Source: Flectonema sp. DT1601 | Lineage: Eukaryota | Length of the DNA: 64,000 bases | Assembly: GCA_964019425.1 (NCBI GenBank) | Contig: OZ025787.1 | Location: 868,001-932,000, forward strand | Direction: 5' to 3' | In this document: piece after piece, positions 11,652-22,881 of the stretch | Layout: every line of letters begins with the position of its first letter | Position numbering within the stretch: the stretch's first letter is position 1 | Notes under the pieces: generated by a model | What the model was told of the DNA's origin: nothing | Seen by the model: the letters and a program-made list of their open reading frames with translations, nothing else | The model's database searches: none | Made by a program: the position numbers and the translations under genes

Positions 11652-14552
11652 TCACGAGAATGGTGTCTGCGGTGGTTCATATATCCGAATATTTTCAGCA
11701 GACGATGTGAAACCCTTATGAGCACTATCCAGAGCTCTGTGTAACGGATCTGAAAGGCGAGAGGCTGGTGTCGGGCAATGACGAAATGCACTACTCACCG
11801 TAAAGTGACTCACTCCAGAAAGCGATTTTTCTGAACCACATGAACGAGACTGGTGAAGTGGTGCTACTATCTCTACAACAGTAGTGTGAGGAGCATTCTC
11901 CCAAAGTGTTGTTGTAACAGTGTTACGACATTTGCTGAAAGTAGATTCGTCTGAGAACAACAGTTGGCGATTTGAATTATCCAACATAACCCACCTGTTA
12001 TTATCAGGAAGTGTTTTAATGGAATGACTATTTCCCTTATAATGAACCCAACAACACAATCCCCCAACGTAACGCAATAAGTACTGCCCAGTCATACTTG
12101 GGTATTCCTTACTTAGAACTTGAACTCGTTTTGGAGGAGGCTCTCTACTAATAAGGTTTTCCTTATTAGTATCTGCAACAGGCGAATCACTTTTTATATT
12201 ATAATATCGAGATGGTCTGGAAGTGTATGTTACGGGTTTGGGAATTCTTATTATTTCTTCTTTGTTAATTTCTGCTTGTCTCTGACTGCAAGTAAACCTT
12301 CGAAGTAACAACTCCTCAGAAGGGGTGAGTACAGTGCTGATCTTTAGTGATGACTGCTGCTGATCAATTGATCTCAACTCGTCGAGTAGTAGTTGTTTTG
12401 TTTGAAGTAAATGAATTGATTGTGGTTTCTTTATCAAAGTTGCTAAGGCAGTCATTATATTCCGAGTCTTGCATGACAATGAATTTCGTGTTTCCTGATG
12501 ACGTGATTCTTCTTCAGACACTAGTAGTTGTTTTTGACGTGCCGATTGCACTGTTGCAGCAGTATCGTCTCTGATTAATGAAAGGAGTTCCGATTCATTT
12601 ATTTCTATCTCTTGCTGTGAAGCTCCCATTTCAGGCTGTTCTATTCCGAGCATTGTGAGTACTCTAAGACATTGCTTCTTTGTCCATATGTGACCAGTTA
12701 TCTCAGTCAGTGCAACTTGAAAATCAATTTTACAAATCAGACCGTCACCGTTTATATCAAGAAGGTTATGTAGATGTGGAATATTAGAAGCTGTTGTGAA
12801 ATCAACGGTTTTTAAATTTAATATTTTTGCTTCGTAATCAGTCTTGTTTCTGTTGGCGTGTAAATATGTTTTCCTTATAGAACTGATATCAAGTTGTAGA
12901 TCAGCAAGTCGTTTCTTTGAACAATAGAGATCATAATCCATCTCAGATGACTGGATCATTAACTGAACTGTTTCTTGAGCTTCCATTGGTTGTCTGATCA
13001 TCGAAGGTGCCTCCCCTCCACTCTTCAACACTAACTCAGCGTATCGTGTTTTCCTAAGGCTTTGCTCATGTTCCATGTTTTTTATTTTCTCTGTCAAGTC
13101 AGACTGTTCCTTCTTTCTAGACTCAATCATTTCCAACATTCTCTTATTGTCGTGCTTCGACTCATAACTTTGTGATTTCTTCGTATTATATTCCTTTATT
13201 ATTCTTCTTTGAAATCGATTATTATAATGTTGTTGTAGGCGAGCCTTTGGAGCATCACTCAGGCTTTTATTCACTGGTGGTGTAGGTGTTTCAATGGCAG
13301 GTTTTCCTTCGGGATATCGTTCCCTAAGTAAGGCAGCTTTTCCACGTAAGATTCGAAGCTCGAGAGGGGAGAACATTGTTTCACTTGGAGTATGTACCTG
13401 TACATCATTTATCTTTCTGTTGAGTTTTTTCCAAACCTCCGCATCTGTTGCAGGAGAAGGAGGATTTGCGATCATTTGTGTAGATCTACCAACTGGAACC
13501 GGCCGCTCTGTTTTTGCTGATTTTGTTTTGTGAACACTTCGCCTTTGCGGCTGCGGAGGCCTCGGCGGAGGAGAGTACGGCACAGGTTCCTTCTTTGGAA
13601 TCATAATAAAAGAACTTGTTCTTCTTTGAGGATCAGAGCTCCTCCTTCGGTCATTAATCAAGTTCGATTCCGGTAGAATATCAACAGACTCTTCAGAAAC
13701 AACATCATTTGGTATTTGTGTTAAATTATTATTTGTAAAACTTACCATCCTACAGGAGCTCTGTATGGAGGCAGGTACTGGACCATCATCGTTAGGACCA
13801 TATTGATCTTTATTGCGTGTTATTCTTCCTCTTTGAAGCGATTGAATTTTTATTGCGGCTCTATGTTGATGTGCATCATGCGCGGAGGTGAAGATTGCCA
13901 TTCCAGAATCAGTATTCCAACCGCAAGGAGTGGAGTGCTGCCACATAGTCATTTGATCTGGATAAGCGTTTCCTGATGGTTCTGATCGAAGGATATTGTT
14001 ACCAGTAAGAGCCTCATCGATAAATGACATCACCCATCTCCCTTTTGAAAGCCACATCATCAATTCACTTCCTTCCCATGTGGGCCATCCTTTTATCCAT
14101 CCTTCACATTCCCTGAGAGTAAAACTTTTATAACTCCCTTTAGTTGTCGAACAAAGATGTATTTCCGAAGGGACGTTAAGACTGCGTACATCGTACGGTT
14201 CTGAAGAAAGTATTTTCTTTTCAATTTTTCCGTCGATTTCATCATCAATTTCAATTTGATAATTATCCTCAATCGATACTAACAACCCTTTGATCCACAT
14301 CCCTCGTTGTTCAGAGTACACTTCAACTTCATCACCTTCTTTAACTCTTCCCCTCATAATAAACTGTGAGACAAGTGAAGATGGAAGACGTGATCTCTTT
14401 CTTGTTAAGTACCGATGTAGTTCTTTATTATCAGTTGGGACTTTTATAGGTTTTTGTACCAAACCTTTATCATCATCAGCCTCTACCTTCTCTTCTTGAG
14501 ATTCTGAATTAATATGCTGATTAGTTTCTGACTCTTCTTCCTCATCAGACAT
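11652..14552 (-). CDS. 966-aa protein with an IQ motif, coiled coil and EF-hand-like loop
   Basis: AAIKIQSLQRGRITR (IQ motif) and DINGDGLICKIDF (EF-hand-like) in a long ORF. Confidence 0.8.
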   Translation of the reverse strand: MSDEEEESETNQHINSESQEEKVEADDDKGLVQKPIKVPTDNKELHRYLTRKRSRLPSSLVSQFIMRGRVKEGDEVEVYSEQRGMWIKGLLVSIEDNYQIEIDDEIDGKIEKKILSSEPYDVRSLNVPSEIHLCSTTKGSYKSFTLRECEGWIKGWPTWEGSELMMWLSKGRWVMSFIDEALTGNNILRSEPSGNAYPDQMTMWQHSTPCGWNTDSGMAIFTSAHDAHQHRAAIKIQSLQRGRITRNKDQYGPNDDGPVPASIQSSCRMVSFTNNNLTQIPNDVVSEESVDILPESNLINDRRRSSDPQRRTSSFIMIPKKEPVPYSPPPRPPQPQRRSVHKTKSAKTERPVPVGRSTQMIANPPSPATDAEVWKKLNRKINDVQVHTPSETMFSPLELRILRGKAALLRERYPEGKPAIETPTPPVNKSLSDAPKARLQQHYNNRFQRRIIKEYNTKKSQSYESKHDNKRMLEMIESRKKEQSDLTEKIKNMEHEQSLRKTRYAELVLKSGGEAPSMIRQPMEAQETVQLMIQSSEMDYDLYCSKKRLADLQLDISSIRKTYLHANRNKTDYEAKILNLKTVDFTTASNIPHLHNLLDINGDGLICKIDFQVALTEITGHIWTKKQCLRVLTMLGIEQPEMGASQQEIEINESELLSLIRDDTAATVQSARQKQLLVSEEESRHQETRNSLSCKTRNIMTALATLIKKPQSIHLLQTKQLLLDELRSIDQQQSSLKISTVLTPSEELLLRRFTCSQRQAEINKEEIIRIPKPVTYTSRPSRYYNIKSDSPVADTNKENLISREPPPKRVQVLSKEYPSMTGQYLLRYVGGLCCWVHYKGNSHSIKTLPDNNRWVMLDNSNRQLLFSDESTFSKCRNTVTTTLWENAPHTTVVEIVAPLHQSRSCGSEKSLSGVSHFTVSSAFRHCPTPASRLSDPLHRALDSAHKGFTSSAENIRIYEPPQTPFS

Positions 14553-15318
14553 GTTGGGTATTACTCCTTTCTTTTAGTCTTCACTTGAGACCTGAAAATC
14601 TAATATTTAGTAATTGTGAATTCGTATTGCAGCTTGTGAGGGGGATCTCCTTTAAAAAAACAACAACATTATATTAATTTTCCTGAGTTAAAGAGATAAA
14701 ACAAGAAATGATAAATTAAAATATCACGTCAACGAAAAAGTACCAAATCCAAAGGCTGAAAGAGACAAGCTGTACGGATATACCGTAAGAAGAATTCTCT
14801 TTTACAGGAATAATAAGGTCGTAACGAATGTCGTCTTCAAAAAGGTGAGCAATACTATCCATGTACGTAAGTAGATATTAGTTGTGGATTTCACTTCATT
14901 GCTATTGCAATGTAGATCACTTATGGCTGTGGGACTGAGTTCAGTTCCTGGTTACCACAACTCTTTGTGAACTCACATAAACAGGGGAGTAGAGAAAGGG
15001 GCATATGTTGATTTATCGCAGCCGAGGGAACAAGTTACTTTCTTCTCCTCATACAATAAGAATCACAACACATTAACAAACAAAAACAATAAGCATAATC
15101 CGTGTAATCAGTGTTACAAACTTCTCAGTAGCTGTACCGTTTCCATGACACAGCAGTCTTGTCACAGAGCCTGTAATGCTAAATAAAATGATGTAGTTAG
15201 TAACTAACTACAAATATCAGCAGGGAGCTCGAATCCGCACTGATGCTTCCGGTGTATCTCACAGAATCGTTCAACAGACCTGTTTGTATTATTTTTTAAA
15301 AAACTATTCAAAAACACA

Positions 15319-17023
15319 TTATTGTTTTATTCTTATAAGGTTTTCATACTTTTTATAAATCCTAACATCATAACTGTTATTTTCTGAGATTCTATCTTTT
15401 ATATTATCATCACTAGTGTCTTTGTAATTACCCTTACGGACCCTGTTGGTTTATTATTTGCAGTGGAACGTTTTTTAGTGGTCCGGTTAAATAAATAAAA
15501 ACATACTGTTTATGTAATTTTGGGTCGTCAAGAGGCTTTCCCGAAACGCATGCGAGTAACTTAATTGATTCAGGGACGTATTCTTGAATAAGGACAACGT
15601 CGAATAGTTTTAAGTTTGCTACTGCTTGGGAAAACGTGTCTTCGCTAATAGAATAGGGTTGTTTGCACTCCTTGCCAAGTATCATTTTAGTCATGCAATT
15701 CTGAACAGCTACTTCATCTGAGAAGGTACCTACCGTGAATGCGCCTTCCTTTCCCTTGGCATGGAAGAGACGATCGCGGAAAGTTGACCTCTGTGGAAGT
15801 CCACAACAAGGCCATTCTCTACTACCATGATGAAATGCAGATATTATTCTTTCAACAGGATGTCTTACATTTATTGCTAATAAAGATGTTGTTCCGTTAG
15901 TCCGACTCTGTTTTGTTGAAAGACGAAGAGGTTTGTGATCATAACATCCAGTGAAGGCTGGACATGATTCATGTTGACTTGGGAATCCTTCACATGCTTC
16001 TAAAGAACATCCGAGAACAGCACGCAAGGCTGTTGTGAATGCAGTTCCACCAGCCTTTGGAATGTGAATAAATGAAACGGTTTTCACCTCATTCAGTGAG
16101 ACCTGTTTCTTATCATCTGTTTCTGAAGAACTCTTCAAGGAAGGGATTGGTGGTAGGGTTTGTTCGTCAGGTAACATGGGTGGCGGAGTTTTCTTTGGCT
16201 GTTCTTTTACCTTGAGAGACGGAATAGGTGGCAGGGTTTCCTCAGGCTCCCCATCAGGAAGAAGAGGCAGTTTTGTCGGAGGTCTAATCATTGAATTTGT
16301 AGGAATCCGTGGAGCTTGTTCTGTTGGATCCTTTGTAATGCTGCTGCCTGTTGCAGTGCTGCTTTTGTTGAAGTCTCTGTCAGCCTGTAGTTTTGATATT
16401 GTTTTTAGCATAGCAGTAGCTGCATCTTTAATTAGTTTCCAATCAGAGTGTGATATTTTAGCAATGTCTCTCTCTTCGTCCCCCGACGCTACTACAATTT
16501 CTAAGGTGTCGAGACCTACCTGAATCATCTTATCAAAATATTTAGTAAGTTTAAGCCCATCAAGAAGTTTCTGAATACGTTCTTCATGTTTACTACTGAG
16601 TCGTTCTTCAAGACGATCTACGTAATGGTTTGCACGTCTAAGTCTGCCGCTAGTGAATGATGGATGTGGTTTCTTAGGAGCTATGCTGGTAGCTGAAAGC
16701 GGCCAACCAAGCTTTGCGCCATCTTCGTGTTTTAGTTTTACAACACCTCTGGTTGTGTCCACGGCTATAATAGTGCCGAAACCACCACAGTAATTAGTCA
16801 TCACATTAGTCCACCTAATTGTCGGAACTGATGAGACCAAGACTTGTACCCATTCACAATCACTTTGGATCATTACTTTATCACCAACATGAGCTCCATC
16901 ATCAACTACTTTTTTTCTCGCATCCCAAAACCCTGTCATTAACATCACAGACATAACTATAAGACCAGCCGAGAATGCAATGATCCCTTCTCTCACTAGG
17001 TTGCTTTGGTGTTTGCGCTTCAT
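15319..17023 (-). CDS. Type II membrane PAPS-dependent (Golgi-type) sulfotransferase with extra N-terminal modules; exons 17023-15507 and 15442-15319
   Basis: N-terminal TM helix, 5'-PSB FIHIPKAGGTAF and 3'-PB VRHPVERIISAF. Removing intron 15443-15506 restores the C-terminal ...ENNSYDVRIYK motif (N..D..Y). Confidence 0.8.
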
Positions 17024-17338
17024 CTTTCTCTTTTTTTTTTTTTTTTTTACCCCTTTCCTCTTTTTTTTAAAATGTGAAGGGGGGAACTTTGATACGATAC
17101 GGGGGGGGGGGGAACTCCCCTCTCCTGTTAAATAATAAAAAAAATAAATACTTCAAATTAATACAAACAACCAACAACAATAAAAAAATATTTTCTGAAA
17201 TCGCTCCTTTTCGGTAGCAGCGGTGTAATGCGAATCATGAAAATGAAACGCAAATCAATCACATCCCAAGAGGGTGCGAGGTGGTTTTTGTTGTTCTTTT
17301 TGAATAAAAATAAGAAGGTTGGTGAAGCAGCTTCAAGA

Positions 17339-18421
17339 TCACACAAACGGAGTTTCTACTTTAGCAGTTTTAACACTAGTAATGATATTACGGTCTCTTC
17401 CTTGTGTTTGTGAGTACGAAACTAGTTGCTTTCTTCTTGGATCAATTTTAAAAGGAACAGGCTCTTCCATTTTAGATAATAAAAACTTATCTGGCACACC
17501 TATCGTGTGATGTTTTCTTTGAAATATCGTCATTTGATCTTTGTTGTTACAATCGTGTTGGAGGAAAGCTTGACCTCCAGATCCTTTCTTAACTGCTGCT
17601 TGTTTGAGTAAGGCTGATCTCTTTAGACGTTCTGCTTCAGCACCCATTTCATCCCGTTGTAGTTGCGCAACAACATCAGCGTATGTTGTATTCCCTGGTT
17701 CAATTCTCTCAGAAGTTAACATTCCATTTGGATATTGATTCTTCGCAATGAACTCTATCCTTTTATAATTACGTCTCGCATTCCCCAATGCTTGTAAGGC
17801 ATTTTGATGCTCTCTTTCTTGTTGATAAACTCTTCTTCTTTGAGAAGCAGATAGAAGTGGCTTATCTTCTAATTTAGGTTCCATCTTAAATACTCCTCTT
17901 TCAATATTGTTATTAAAATGTGGTTTATTCATAACAGGAATCATGTTTGGGTCATTTACTAATGATGTCGTTGATCTATTCATCTGTGAGAGGGCGGTGT
18001 CTAATACGGCTTCAGGGTGATGAGATACTCCAGTTCTCCAAATAGTTTCTATTGGTGTTGATATGTTTCCAGACATAGCTGGTTTACCTCCGTAGTCTTC
18101 TTTCGAAGATACGGATGAATCGAAAAGTTTATTTTTAATCTGTGGTAGTTGATTGCTTAAGGAAACTGTTGATGAAGTACAATTCAACAATCCTTTTCGT
18201 GTCATTTGAGCGGCTAGTCTACTTCTGTTGTCAGTTTCATGTGTTAAAGCACTCATTCCTCCAAATCCAGTCACTGTTCCTGAATTAGACATTCGAAATC
18301 CATTTGATGATCCACTACCTGACTTTGTAGTCATTAACGTCATTATCATTTCTGAATCATTTGATATCGACGGAGACGGCTTAATGAAATCATCGATAAG
18401 CCATTCTCTTCCTTTATTCAT
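17339..18421 (-). CDS. Hypothetical protein, 360 aa
   Basis: Long ORF on the cluster strand with no recognised domain. Confidence 0.75.
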   Translation of the reverse strand: MNKGREWLIDDFIKPSPSISNDSEMIMTLMTTKSGSGSSNGFRMSNSGTVTGFGGMSALTHETDNRSRLAAQMTRKGLLNCTSSTVSLSNQLPQIKNKLFDSSVSSKEDYGGKPAMSGNISTPIETIWRTGVSHHPEAVLDTALSQMNRSTTSLVNDPNMIPVMNKPHFNNNIERGVFKMEPKLEDKPLLSASQRRRVYQQEREHQNALQALGNARRNYKRIEFIAKNQYPNGMLTSERIEPGNTTYADVVAQLQRDEMGAEAERLKRSALLKQAAVKKGSGGQAFLQHDCNNKDQMTIFQRKHHTIGVPDKFLLSKMEEPVPFKIDPRRKQLVSYSQTQGRDRNIITSVKTAKVETPFV

Positions 18422-18651
18422 TCAGCTTTACCTATTGAATATCCTTTAGGGGGGGACAGAACAGTAAATGACCATCGCACACTAGCTAATAGTAAGTAAC
18501 GAAGTATAGCGATCTAATAAACTAGAAAATGTTTAAAAAAAAAAACAACAATTGTAACAAAACTAACAAAAGGATTCTATAGTTTGAGTTGATACTCTTT
18601 AATGTGATGTTTATTATTAAATGTAATGATGGTGGTCAATACAAAATCAAT

Positions 18652-19625
18652 TCACATCATCGGCAAGGGTGGCTGTAACGGATCAGGTGGCGGGGAAGTT
18701 GACCGACACCCAGCAACATTCTTCTTTGGATGTGCTGATCTACTAACTTTGCACGTTGCACAAATAGAAGCTCCCCAAGTTGGTTTGTAGTCTACACAAA
18801 GAAACCGTTTTTGCTGTTGCTGAGCTGAAGTGGTACCAACCACGACAGCAGCTGGCTTTGAGACAGGTGCTACTACTGATGTGGTAGTTGAAGGGAATTC
18901 ATTGAAATCAATAGAATCCCATATCGCTGATAGTTTATCGATCACTTGTTGTTGATATGGTGAAGAAGTAACAACTGGAGCAGCAATCTGAGTCTCTACA
19001 ACAGTCGCAGCAATCGACTGCTGAATTTGATGTGCAGGTGTTCTGGGAGGACTCTTCATCTTATTACGAGCGATCGGTGCTTCGATTGCTTTTTTTGATA
19101 CACTGTGAGTAGTCACATTAGTAGTCAAGTGTGAAAGAGGAGTACTTCTTATTGTCTTACGTGGTGTAGTCGCATGTCCTTTCTTTGCTGTTGTTGATGA
19201 ACTCCTCCTCACAGGTGTTGATACAGAAGAGGTTCGAACTCTACCTCGAGGTGTTGCTGGTGTTGCAATAGTTGCTGGACCTGCTTCCAGTACACCCGGC
19301 TTTGGAGAAACACTCAACGTTTCTGTTGTATGATTAATTAATAATTCCCTTGTCGATAATTGCCTTCCACTCTCATCCAACACAAATACTTGACTGGCCT
19401 TAAGAGTAATGTTACTGCTGTCACCAAAAGCGAATAGTTTTACAGCTTCTATGATTAGGTCTGATGTACTGTCGCTGTTATTTTTAATACTTTTGAAAAT
19501 AAAAATAAAAAAAACTGTTACAAGAAAATTCAAACAATAATAAATATAACATACCCATCATCGGGTAAACTAACTCTCAAGGCCTCATCAGTACTGTCCT
19601 GTAATCTCTTAACCCAGAGTTTCAT
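18652..19625 (-). CDS. Hypothetical protein with an S/T/P-rich centre and a C-terminal C-x10-C-x2-C-x6-H putative Zn module; exons 19625-19555 and 19474-18652
   Basis: Intron 19475-19554 (GTATGT...ATAACAG) joins MKLWVKRLQD...PDDG to DSTSDLIIEAVK in frame. The C-terminal part contains CVDYKPTWGASICATCKVSRSAH. Confidence 0.75.
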
Positions 19626-20527
19626 ATTCAAAGTTTCCCTTCTGTAAAAAACAACATCAATGATAAACAATAAATTAATTTTTAGTAACTATCTTGTTCT
19701 AATAGATCCCTTATTTGGTAGAATACGAGATCTTTTTTTTTTTTTTTTTTTTTTTTTTTCCTTCTCCTTTTTTTTGATCACAAAACAAAACAAATAAGAT
19801 AGCAGTCAGAAAAACGTGTTTCGCTAATTGTGACCCTCAACGAGCATGTGTGGTAAAGAAAATACTCGATATAGAATTGTACTGCGACTTTATTTTTTTT
19901 TTTTTTTTTTTTTTTTTTGTTCATTCTTTCGTTGTTTTTGCTAACAAAACCCCGAAATGCTATTCAGAGTTGCAACAAAATAGATTGAAAGAAACAGTAA
20001 GAGGTTCCATCCGAACGAACTTTTTTATGCAATAAGCAACCAACCGAAGAAAGAGATAAGGCTGGTCTCGGGGGTTGAGATCAAGTTTTCTTTTTCTTTT
20101 TTTTAATAATTTTTATCCGTACAAAGATAAGAACTCCGAACGCCTTATCGTTGTGAAAATAAAACCCGCCATAACAAATTTATGCAATACTCAGAATATA
20201 ATATTGCCTAACAAAAAAAAAAAGAAGAAAACACTAACGGGAGAGACAGAAGAGACAGACAAGACAAAATAAACTATAATTTAGTTTTGGGTCACTGGCT
20301 CTCCATTTAATATTCAATAGTTACTTTTGATAATCTTAACATAGCAAGTGATGAGACTAATTGTTTGAAACAAGCATCGGGTTGGACTCTCTGGTGTGGG
20401 TTTCGTCAACAGCGATCGAGAGAGGGCGATGCTATTGTCGCCTTTATGAAATCACTTCTGGCACTGTCTGGCGTGAATCATGTACTATGTACTTTACTCC
20501 TTTGCAAGAAGATATCCAACAGTAGTA

Positions 20528-21623
20528 CTACGCAGATTCGGCAATGTCATCTCTGAGTCGAAATCCCAGCACCAGTTGCTTGTTTTCTCCGAAATTTGCA
20601 GGCGCTGGCCAAAGCCATTCCCACTGAAAGCTAGCACTTCCGAAAACAACATTTACTGGTTGTCGTTTAGTTTGTTTGAGACCTTTTAAACGATCAATTT
20701 GAGATACTCCTGTAGTGAGTACTGTCATCTGGTCACATAACATAGCACACGTGAATAATGCAAACAGGAGTCCCTCAAGGACTAAGAAGAATGCTGGAAC
20801 ACCTAACTGACAACCCTGAAAATCAAATAGTGATGAGAGAACACCATTTACCATCGATTCGTCTCGACGATAACGACGCATTCGTTGGTAAGCCTTTCGC
20901 ATAGCTGGGTTGGTTCCCCAAGCTGGACTAATTGTGAGCGTGGAGTTCTTTTGTTCCTCTTTTGCTTTAGCATTTAATAACTGCGCTTCAATAACCTTAT
21001 CTTGTGCACATGTAATAGCACGGAAGCTAACTAAGCTGAGACTGTAGACACTTATGATCATAATGTAGAATATAAATAAAACAAATAGTTTGTGATTTAA
21101 TACCCCAACACAGTTGTTTACCCATGGACAGAAATGGTCCATGCGAGAAACACAGCGGCCAGTGCAAGAGTCGTGATGGGATCTGGGCGGTTTATATGAT
21201 TCACACTTACGACACCAATACTCAGCTCTGGCTACATGACCTGCATCTGCAAGAGGTTCAGCACCAGGGGGTACAGCGCCAGGGTCTGTAGTCATTGCTC
21301 TATAGTGTGAGGTTATACATAAAGCCACTAATGCTAGTAGAATGCCTTCTAATAACATTGACAAAACAGTAATCCCTAACCAACTCATAATAATATTCGA
21401 TACCACTACTGCTGCATACAATATCAGGAACCACGTTACCAAAGCCATCGTCAGACCGCAGCACTGACAGTTCTGTTTGATTTTATAATTTTTCGTTGGT
21501 TCAAAGTCAAAACAGTCAAATGTTTCCTCAACTGTGTGAGTTACTAATTAATAATGGAAATATACATACAAGCCACGTCGTGGAATCATGTGTGGTTCCG
21601 CAGTAAGGCTTTCGCCTAGCCAT
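20528..21623 (-). CDS. DHHC-family palmitoyl acyltransferase (DHFC variant); exons 21623-21570 and 21472-20528
   Basis: TDPGAVP, CRKCESYKPPRSHH, MDHFCPWVNNCVG and four TM segments. Intron 21473-21569 adds MARRKPYCG...WL|NCQCCG in frame. Confidence 0.9.
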
Positions 21624-21937
21624 GTTATGAGGGACTGAAAGTTGTTAATATGAAATTTGCAGATACCGACAGTCAGGAAGGGCTCTCACACAAAACTAGA
21701 CAAGTCACTTAGTTCCTGTTATGAGAAATAAATAGAGTTGTTCTTCACGTGTTGGCCACACGAATACAGATAACTCATAACGTCAACACGACGCTAGACA
21801 AAAACAGTTGTTTTGAATATACAAATACATAAAACATGTAACATAAGAGAGGAAGATTTAGTGATGGAGGGGGACACTCATAACGAATGTAACCCTCCAG
21901 ACAACAGACAGAACTAATGAACAACAGATGAAAGTAA

Positions 21938-22336
21938 TTAGTAAGGAGCTTGACGAATTCCCCATCTCGTGGATACTGGAGAGACTGGCCAACGTCTAGT
22001 TGATGTTGCTTCATTGTAGTGGTTGAGATCTTGTGCTAAGTTACGGGCATTAAACTTCTCACGTTCTACTTGTGATGCTTCGAGTCTTTGACAAAACTCT
22101 TCGTTTCTGTTAATTGACATCACATTAGCCTCATCGAGAGCTGCTGATCTTGCTTTACTCTCAACTACGTAGGCATCAACATTTTGAACTCTCAATCTCT
22201 CTGTGAACAATGCCTCTTCTCTTGAAATCTCTAATCCAGTTGCACCCTGCGGCAATAGTTCCTTCACAACTAAAGGACCTCCGGCATCAACGTTAATAAG
22301 TCTGGTTGGGCTTCCGTGAACGATGCTCTGTGCCAT
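21938..22336 (-). CDS. Small hypothetical protein, 132 aa
   Basis: ORF with normal composition on the cluster strand, with a pyrimidine tract and CAG at 22374-22410 upstream. Confidence 0.65.
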   Translation of the reverse strand: MAQSIVHGSPTRLINVDAGGPLVVKELLPQGATGLEISREEALFTERLRVQNVDAYVVESKARSAALDEANVMSINRNEEFCQRLEASQVEREKFNARNLAQDLNHYNEATSTRRWPVSPVSTRWGIRQAPY

Positions 22337-22881
22337 TTTTTAGTTGTTTTTTTGTTGTTGTTATGGGAAATTCCTGAGAGAAACCATAAATATAAACACT
22401 GAGAAAAGTACAGAAGACCTGATCAGTAATAATATGCTAAAGACTAGTCATCCCGCAGTCTAATCTGTCTTATCTGTATGAAGAAAGAAATAACTACTTC
22501 CAACTACAATCAAAAAGTAATAATAACAAAATAAATATCCCGAGAGAGAGAGTATTAGCGTACTGGAACAAGTGCGAGGGAAGTGAGATGTGTAAAAGGC
22601 AGCACACTGGGGAAACCTGATCATCCATTTGTAAAAGTGAACAGCAGGTATAAATATGATTTAATAAGGACCAACACTCAGTTAGTTCCTTAAAAGGGAA
22701 GTCAAAGATAGCTTTTAAAGAGAAAAAAATCAAACAAGTTCCGGTTTATTCACATTTTTTTTAATTTTTTTTTTTTTTTTTCGTGTGATACGAATTGCCA
22801 AAAGAACTAAATATCAAAACAAAAACTGAGGAAAGATATTTTTTAAGGTATTAATGATAACAACAGCACTGCTGGAAGCGT

